64,000 nucleotides of DNA from Minisyncoccota bacterium (GTDB taxonomy: Bacteria; Patescibacteriota; Minisyncoccia; Phycocordibacterales; UBA2100). Made by a program: the position numbers and the translations under genes. The DNA lies in contig OZ253947.1 of NCBI GenBank assembly GCA_965267345.1, forward strand, positions 330,814 to 394,813, read 5' to 3'. Shown piece by piece: positions 58,052 to 64,000 of this stretch (within the stretch, counting starts at the first letter, position 1; every line of letters starts with the position of its first letter). Under the pieces are notes generated by a model. The model did not search any database, was not told the origin of the DNA, and was given only the letters and a program-made list of their open reading frames with translations.

Positions 58052-58453
58052 TTACCCAATCCGCCGCGCAGTGTCAACGCTCTGTGGAAACTGGTCTTGG
58101 CGATCATCAAGACCCTCTCCCGTAAACACTTCGAGAATGGTGTTAACGATAAGCCACGCAACCAAAATGATGATGATACCAATCGCCACGGCGGCAAAAA
58201 TGCCGTGTGCTTTTTTGACCTTTTCGGTATTGCCACCTGCCGACAGATAGAGCCAGCCGGCATACGCAAACATCACGGCGGCGATGGGAATCGAAATGAG
58301 AATGAGAAAGTTCAGGATATTGTCAAACAGTGTGATGAGCGCTGCAAAGTCACACTTTGTGTTGACGCCATCACACGGCACGAGTTGCGCAAATGCAATC
58401 GTCGGCAGACTCAGCGCTACACTCATGGCAAGTGTCAGAAGGGCTATTCGCAT
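58052..58453 (-). CDS. TrbC/VirB2-like CPR pilin
   Basis: Signal peptide AFA-Q, LVPC..C, YAG..YL.AGGN...KKA two-helix pilin pattern. Confidence 0.8.
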   Translation of the reverse strand: MRIALLTLAMSVALSLPTIAFAQLVPCDGVNTKCDFAALITLFDNILNFLILISIPIAAVMFAYAGWLYLSAGGNTEKVKKAHGIFAAVAIGIIIILVAWLIVNTILEVFTGEGLDDRQDQFPQSVDTARRIG

Positions 58454-58504
58454 GCCTGTATAGTAGCACTTTCGCAGTGGTGACACAGTGGCTGTGTGGG
58501 TAGT

Positions 58505-58543
58505 TATGAAAAGCGCTAGCAAGAGCTGCTAGCGCTTTTCATA
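58505..58543 (-). terminator. Long hairpin terminator after tRNA-Tyr
   Basis: TATGAAAAGCGCTAGCA-agagc-TGCTAGCGCTTTTCATA. Confidence 0.8.
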
Positions 58544-58629
58544 TGGTGCGCCGGGAGGGATTCGAACCCCCGTAGACCGAAGTCGCGAGGTTTACAGCCT
58601 CGTGCATTTGACCACTCTGCCACCGACGC
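58544..58629 (-). tRNA. tRNA-Tyr (GTA)
   Basis: GCGTCGG...CGAGG-CTGTAAA-CCTCG, long variable arm, GTTCGAATCC, ACCA end. Confidence 0.96.
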
Positions 58630-58692
58630 ATTTCGCGCGCATCTCGAACGCGCATGCTCCGTAATGAGTAGCCGCCCAAGTGTACCAAACTC

Positions 58693-61380
58693 CTAACGCG
58701 AGGCAACTGCCTGCGGCGTTCGCTTTTTGTGAGCACGTTTGCGCGTTGTATTTTTCTTGGCGTTAAATGTAAATTCGTCACCCTTAACACCAACCTTCAC
58801 TACCCCGCCAGCGAGCATGCCCTCAGACACCATCATGGTTGCGATCGGTGTGAGGATTTTACTCTGAATGAGGCGCTTGAGTGGACGGGCACCATAGTGT
58901 GGATCGTATCCGCGCTTTGCCAAATACTCGAGCGCCGGAGCAGAAAGCTGCAACGTGATGTTCTTCTCGGCAAGGCGCTTGGCGACAATGTCTACCTGCA
59001 TTTTGACAATATTCTTAACGGCCGCTTCCGAAAGAATGTCGAAGAGGATGATTTCATCAAGGCGATTGAGGAATTCCGGACGGAAAAAGTCACGCAGTGT
59101 CTTCATCACTTTGTCCTTCGAGTGTGCATACTGCGCCTGCTCGCCCTGATCGGCCGCAAATCCGAGCTGCGACATCTTGTCGATATGCTCAGCACCAAGG
59201 TTGCTCGTCATAATGATAATCGTGTTTTTGAAGTTCACGGTGCGCCCCTTCGCATCGGTCAGGCGGCCGTTATCCAGAACTTGGAGCAGAATGTTAAACA
59301 CCTCTGGGTGTGCTTTTTCAATTTCGTCGAAGAGCAGCACAGAGTACGGTCGGTGGCGCACCTGTTCAGTCAGCGATCCGCCTTCATCGTGGCCGACGTA
59401 GCCTGGTGGTGAGCCGATCATTTTCGACACCGAATGTTTCTCCATGAATTCAGACATGTCCACGCGAATGAGTGCCTGCTCATCGTCGAACATAAACTCT
59501 GCCAAGCCTTTCGTGAGTTCGGTCTTACCGACACCCGTCGGCCCCAAGAATAGGAATGAGCCGATTGGGCGATTCGGGTCGGCAATACCAACACGCGAAC
59601 GCTTAACCGCATCGGCAACACGCTGCACCGCATCATCCTGACCCACAATGCGCTTCTTGAGTGCGTCTTCCATGCGCGCCAGCTTACTGATCTCTTCTTC
59701 GAGCATGCGTGATACGGGAATGCCCGTCCATCGTGATACGACATCCGCCACATCCTCATCGGTAATTTCTTCGCGCAGAATGCGGCGCGAGCTCTGCAAC
59801 TTAGCCAGACGCTTCATTTTTGTCTTGAGCTCCTTCTCCAGTTCGGGAACACGACCGTACCTGATTTCAGCAGCACGTGAAAGATCGGCAACTGCCTCAG
59901 CGCCGTCAGCTTCAATGCGCAGCTCTTCCAGTTCGCGCTTGATCTCTTTAATTGCCGTTAGGGTTTCTTTTTCGTTTTTCCACTTCACCTCAAGCTCGTG
60001 GGTATCTTCTTTCAGATCGGCAATCTCTTTTTCAACTGTTTTGATGCGCGTTTTGGCACCCTTCTCCCCTTCTTCGATGTCTTTGCGCAGTGCCTCACGT
60101 TCAATTTCGAGGCGCATAATTTTGCGATGTGCCTCTTCAAGTTTTGGTGGCTTGTTTTCGAGCGAAATGCGAAGTGCACTTGCCGCCTCGTCAATGAGGT
60201 CAACTGCTTTGTCGGGTAGGTACCGCTCCGTAAGGTAGCGGCTTGAGAGTTCAACAGATGCAACAATTGCGTCATCGGTAATGCGCACGCCGTGGTAGAG
60301 CTCGTACTTCTCTTTAAGCCCGCGCATAATGGCAATCGCGTCTTCAATTGAGGGCTCATTAACGTGGACGGGCTGGAAGCGTCGGGTCAGTGCCGCATCG
60401 CGCTCGATGTGCTTTTGGTACTCATTGAGCGTGGTGGCACCGATCACGCGCAACTCCCCGCGTGCCAGTGCAGGTTTGAGCATGTTTGCGGCATCCTGTG
60501 CCCCTTCGGCAGCGCCGGCGCCCACGATGGTGTGGATTTCATCAATAAACAGAATGATGTCGCCTTCGGCGCGTTCAACTTCTTTCATGATGGACTTGAG
60601 CCGCTCTTCAAATTCGCCGCGAAACTTCGTGCCGGCAATGAGCAGCCCGAGATCAAGTGATACGAGCTCTTTCTCTTTGAGTGATTCGGGTACATCGCCG
60701 CTTGCCATGCGCTGCGCAAGCCCTTCGGCAATTGCCGTTTTACCGACACCCGCCTCCCCGATAAGTATCGGATTGTTCTTGGTGCGACGCGACAAAATTT
60801 GAATGACGCGGGTAATTTCCCGATCGCGGCCGATAACCGGATCAAGCTTATTGTTGCGCGCCAAATCAGTCAGACTGCGCGTGAAGCGCGCCAGTGCACG
60901 ATTTTGCTTTGGCTGCTCCATGTCGGTAATTTTGCCCTCTTTGATATCCGTATAGATGTGCGCAACATCATCGCGGTTAATCTGAAATTGTGCGAGTACG
61001 TCTGCTGCAGTTCCCGGATTATCGAGAATCGCCAACAGGAGGTGCTCAGTAGATACAAACTGATCGTCAAACGAGGAGGCAATGCGCGGCGCACCATCTT
61101 GCAGCACCTGCGCAAGCTCCGGCGTCAGGTAGAGCTGGAATGATGGCGACATCGTTGCACCGCCCTCTCCCCCGTCGAGCGATTCAAGAATAGCATCGGT
61201 GAGGTGGATCGTGTCAATTTCCAGACGCTCCAAAATGGAGATCGTCATACTCTCATCTTGCAGCAAAAGTGCCGCAAGCAAGTGCAGTGGGTTCACGTGG
61301 CTCTGTCCACGCTCAATCGCGAGCTGGTGTGCCCGATGAATTGCTTCCTTGGCTTTTGTGGTGAAATTTTGAAATGGCAT
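58693..61380 (-). CDS. clpB: ATP-dependent disaggregase ClpB
   Basis: Two AAA+ modules ([16 protein letters not shown]) with long middle coiled coil. Confidence 0.96.
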   Translation of the reverse strand: MPFQNFTTKAKEAIHRAHQLAIERGQSHVNPLHLLAALLLQDESMTISILERLEIDTIHLTDAILESLDGGEGGATMSPSFQLYLTPELAQVLQDGAPRIASSFDDQFVSTEHLLLAILDNPGTAADVLAQFQINRDDVAHIYTDIKEGKITDMEQPKQNRALARFTRSLTDLARNNKLDPVIGRDREITRVIQILSRRTKNNPILIGEAGVGKTAIAEGLAQRMASGDVPESLKEKELVSLDLGLLIAGTKFRGEFEERLKSIMKEVERAEGDIILFIDEIHTIVGAGAAEGAQDAANMLKPALARGELRVIGATTLNEYQKHIERDAALTRRFQPVHVNEPSIEDAIAIMRGLKEKYELYHGVRITDDAIVASVELSSRYLTERYLPDKAVDLIDEAASALRISLENKPPKLEEAHRKIMRLEIEREALRKDIEEGEKGAKTRIKTVEKEIADLKEDTHELEVKWKNEKETLTAIKEIKRELEELRIEADGAEAVADLSRAAEIRYGRVPELEKELKTKMKRLAKLQSSRRILREEITDEDVADVVSRWTGIPVSRMLEEEISKLARMEDALKKRIVGQDDAVQRVADAVKRSRVGIADPNRPIGSFLFLGPTGVGKTELTKGLAEFMFDDEQALIRVDMSEFMEKHSVSKMIGSPPGYVGHDEGGSLTEQVRHRPYSVLLFDEIEKAHPEVFNILLQVLDNGRLTDAKGRTVNFKNTIIIMTSNLGAEHIDKMSQLGFAADQGEQAQYAHSKDKVMKTLRDFFRPEFLNRLDEIILFDILSEAAVKNIVKMQVDIVAKRLAEKNITLQLSAPALEYLAKRGYDPHYGARPLKRLIQSKILTPIATMMVSEGMLAGGVVKVGVKGDEFTFNAKKNTTRKRAHKKRTPQAVASR

Positions 61381-61434
61381 ACAAAAATAGTGTGTGATGA
61401 CTGCACCAATGGCACGTGTGTGCGCTTTCGGCAC

Positions 61435-62262
61435 TTACCGTGCCTGTGCAGCTGTGGTGGTTGCGCCACCGGTGTCTGCCGGTGTATCGCCCTCTGCGCC
61501 GGTGGCAGTCAAGAGCGCGACAACGGCGCGAATGGGAACGAATGCTGCGGGGGCATGCTCTCGTGATGCATGAGTGCTAATGCCGATTGCTTCGCCGTCA
61601 ACATTGATTAACACCGTTCCCGATACAATGTACTTCGGATCAATATCTGTTTCAACATATCCGCCATCACCCAGCGCCGAGACCAAACCGGTGGCAATAG
61701 TTTCCCCGCCGACAAGCGCAACCACCGTTTGACCGAGCTGTAGTGGTATCTCCGATGGCGTTACCGCTTCCTGCGGCAATGTCTCGTCTTGTGGTGGTGC
61801 GAGCAATGCAACGCCGCGTGCGCCACCGTCAGCAACAACAGAGAGCGGCACACGTGTTTCCTCTTCCGCAGCGACGTAGTATGCACCGGATGCTACCAGC
61901 GCGCCGGCGTCTGTGGCGATCGTGCCCGACGCATCAATGCGCACGCCGTACGTAACAACTGCACCCGTACTTCCACTGCGTATTGCAATAATGCGTGACT
62001 TATTTTGTGCCACTGCTGCGGCAATGAGGTCTGCCTCCCGTACAATCACCGTTTTTTCTTTCGTAATCACGGTTGCCTGTTGGTCTGCGGGCGCCACCTG
62101 TTCAACGGTCCGCTCAACCACACGCTGCACCACGCGCGTCACATCAGTTGGCGCTTTTTCAACCAGTGACACCGTAACAATGCCGGTGGCAATAGAGGTA
62201 ACAAACGAGACGAGCAGCGTCAGGAGTACGATTTGTGACTTGTTGAGCTGCTCGAGATTCAT
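61435..62262 (-). CDS. Membrane-anchored trypsin-like (S1C/HtrA-like) fold protein, degenerate active site
   Basis: MNLEQLNKSQIVLLTLLVSFVTSIATGIVT N-term; LGQTVVA, SG.VLIN.DGE.IGI. Confidence 0.65.
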   Translation of the reverse strand: MNLEQLNKSQIVLLTLLVSFVTSIATGIVTVSLVEKAPTDVTRVVQRVVERTVEQVAPADQQATVITKEKTVIVREADLIAAAVAQNKSRIIAIRSGSTGAVVTYGVRIDASGTIATDAGALVASGAYYVAAEEETRVPLSVVADGGARGVALLAPPQDETLPQEAVTPSEIPLQLGQTVVALVGGETIATGLVSALGDGGYVETDIDPKYIVSGTVLINVDGEAIGISTHASREHAPAAFVPIRAVVALLTATGAEGDTPADTGGATTTAAQAR

Positions 62263-62339
62263 ATCAGTATAGTACCGCGAAGGCACGGCTGCGCCAAATG
62301 CGTGCCCGTACAGACGTATAGTGCCTGCACTCCTTACCG

Positions 62340-63554
62340 TTACCGCGTTGCAAAGGAGCGATACGTCTTGACACCCTCAGCAATACAGTCGAGTGCACGT
62401 TCAATTTCCGTCGTCATCGTCGCACGTCCGAATGAAAGACGTAGTGCGGTCTGCGCGCGCCATGCATCATCAGTACCGGTCAGCGCAGCCACGACGTGTG
62501 ACGCTTTCTGATCGGCACGCTCTAGGCAGGCGCTCTTTGTAGAGAGTGCCACACCGCGCTGATCAACATACAGCGCGATGTACTCTGCGTCGATATCAGG
62601 AATTGACACGTTGACGATATGCGGTGACTGCTTTGCGGCAGTGCCGTTAATGACAGCATCAGAAAATCGCTCACGAATGCCCTGCAGGCACGCTACGCGC
62701 AGTTCACTGTAGTGTGCCGCCTGCTCGGTACGCGTTGTGGTGACTTCATCAAACGCAGCGGCAAAGCCGGCAATAAGTGCGGTATTTTCAGTTCCGGGTC
62801 GCAGCCCATTCTCCTGACTGCCTCCGCGAATCACCGGCTCAAGTGTAACGTCGGGTGCTGCATACAACACCCCCACCCCGCGCGGGCCATAGCATTTGCC
62901 CGAGTCGAGTGTCATCAAGTCAACATTGAGACCGTGTGGCACGAGCGACACGAGTGCTGCCTGACAGGCGTCCGTGTGCACCATCGTGCGCGGGAGTGGC
63001 ACGCCCGCACTGCGTGGTGTGTGCTGATGCACAACCTGCCCAATTGCATGGAGTGGCTGTATGGTGCCGATCTCGCTGTTAACCAACGCAACTGAGACGA
63101 GCACGGTATTTGGCTTGAGTGCCGCAGCAACTGCCTCAGGGCGAATAGTGCCGTCTGCCGACGGCGCGACATAGTCAACAGCAAGCCCGCGCCGCACAAA
63201 TGGCGTCACCACGTCGGCTACTGACGGATGCTCAATGCTGCTGAGCACCACATGACACGCCGACAGTGCAGCTCCCTGCGCTTCAAGTGCCAACAGGAAC
63301 CCTGCAATGGCGAGGTTGTTACCCTCAGTACCGCCGGAGGTAAAGGTGAGTTCGCGAGACTTGACCGCCATGTGCTGCGCAATGCTGCGTCGCGCGTCAT
63401 CGCGAATGCGTGCAGCTGCAAGCCCTTCAGCATACAGTGCCTGCGGGTTTGCAAAAGCCTCTTGCGTCTGCGCGTACGCCTCGCGCGCCACCGCGCTCAC
63501 CGGCGTCGCTGCGGCGTAATCAAGAAAAATGCGTGGCTGTGTATCACTCGACAT
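62340..63554 (-). CDS. Cysteine desulfurase (IscS/NifS class)
   Basis: LDYAAATP, SGGTE.NN, IEHPS, HTDA.Q, GK.YGP.G, SAC. Confidence 0.93.
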   Translation of the reverse strand: MSSDTQPRIFLDYAAATPVSAVAREAYAQTQEAFANPQALYAEGLAAARIRDDARRSIAQHMAVKSRELTFTSGGTEGNNLAIAGFLLALEAQGAALSACHVVLSSIEHPSVADVVTPFVRRGLAVDYVAPSADGTIRPEAVAAALKPNTVLVSVALVNSEIGTIQPLHAIGQVVHQHTPRSAGVPLPRTMVHTDACQAALVSLVPHGLNVDLMTLDSGKCYGPRGVGVLYAAPDVTLEPVIRGGSQENGLRPGTENTALIAGFAAAFDEVTTTRTEQAAHYSELRVACLQGIRERFSDAVINGTAAKQSPHIVNVSIPDIDAEYIALYVDQRGVALSTKSACLERADQKASHVVAALTGTDDAWRAQTALRLSFGRATMTTEIERALDCIAEGVKTYRSFATR

Positions 63555-63609
63555 ATGTGCTCACCATTGTAAGCAGCAAAGCGGTAATGTCCATGCTACA
63601 ATGCCGCGC

Positions 63610-64000
63610 ATGGACAGCATGGTATCAGCAGACATCTGGACGCAGCTCACTGACTTACTGCCCCTCATTGCCCTTGGTGGAGTCGTCCTGCTGCTTATCT
63701 GGAACGGACTACTTGAATGGCGCCTCCGTCGCGCAACGCGTGGTAGCAAAGGAGAAAACCTCGAACAGCATATTGCGCGCATCGCGCGTGACTACGAAGA
63801 ATTCGTGGCATTTCGCGATGCGACACGCGGCACTCTCGCAACGCTCGACACCCGCATGCGCGGGAGTATCAGCGGCGTGGGATTGGTAAAATTTAACCCC
63901 TTTGCGGGTCACGGTGCGAGCAAACCAAGCTTCGCAGCTGCATTTGTAAGCGAAGACGGTAGCGGCGTGATTATTTCAACACTCCACGCACGCGAGAGCG
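63610..64000 (+). CDS. DUF4446-family protein (3'-truncated; not in ORF track)
   Basis: TM, coiled coil, VGLVKFNPF..G...SF..A....G.GVIISTLHARE. Confidence 0.85.
   Translation, partial: MDSMVSADIWTQLTDLLPLIALGGVVLLLIWNGLLEWRLRRATRGSKGENLEQHIARIARDYEEFVAFRDATRGTLATLDTRMRGSISGVGLVKFNPFAGHGASKPSFAAAFVSEDGSGVIISTLHARES

Overview
Chromosomal segment of a Patescibacteria (CPR) bacterium, most likely Parcubacteria (inferred from gene content: short AlaRS and L13, archaeal-type AspRS, FtsA-like/baseplate-J-like pair, TrbC/VirB2-like pilin, DUF4446, L9 present). Most of it is housekeeping: alpha-operon ribosomal genes, grpE-dnaK-dnaJ, five aminoacyl-tRNA synthetases, scpAB, cell-wall genes, dnaB-recR, clpB, tRNA-Trp and tRNA-Tyr. 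Many housekeeping genes look leaderless (a -10 box 6-9 nt before the start codon, no Shine-Dalgarno). Gene orientation changes from almost all + to mostly - across an AT-richer accessory island (~34.1-39.5 kb). The island holds (i) a dif-like 11-6-11 site inside a cluster of repeated motifs, with a partial second copy 2 kb away, (ii) an array of self-contained micro-cassettes (TTGAC promoter, strong SD, 33-67 aa single-pass membrane peptide, terminator), mostly missed by the ORF track, and (iii) a candidate sRNA with C-rich, anti-SD-like loops. Other highlights are a PlsC-like acyltransferase / acyl-ACP-reductase-like / multi-TM histidine kinase trio, a structured element built from copies of the tRNA-Trp 3' end, and an RHH gene inserted between grpE and dnaK. 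Family names come from motif recognition, not from database searches.
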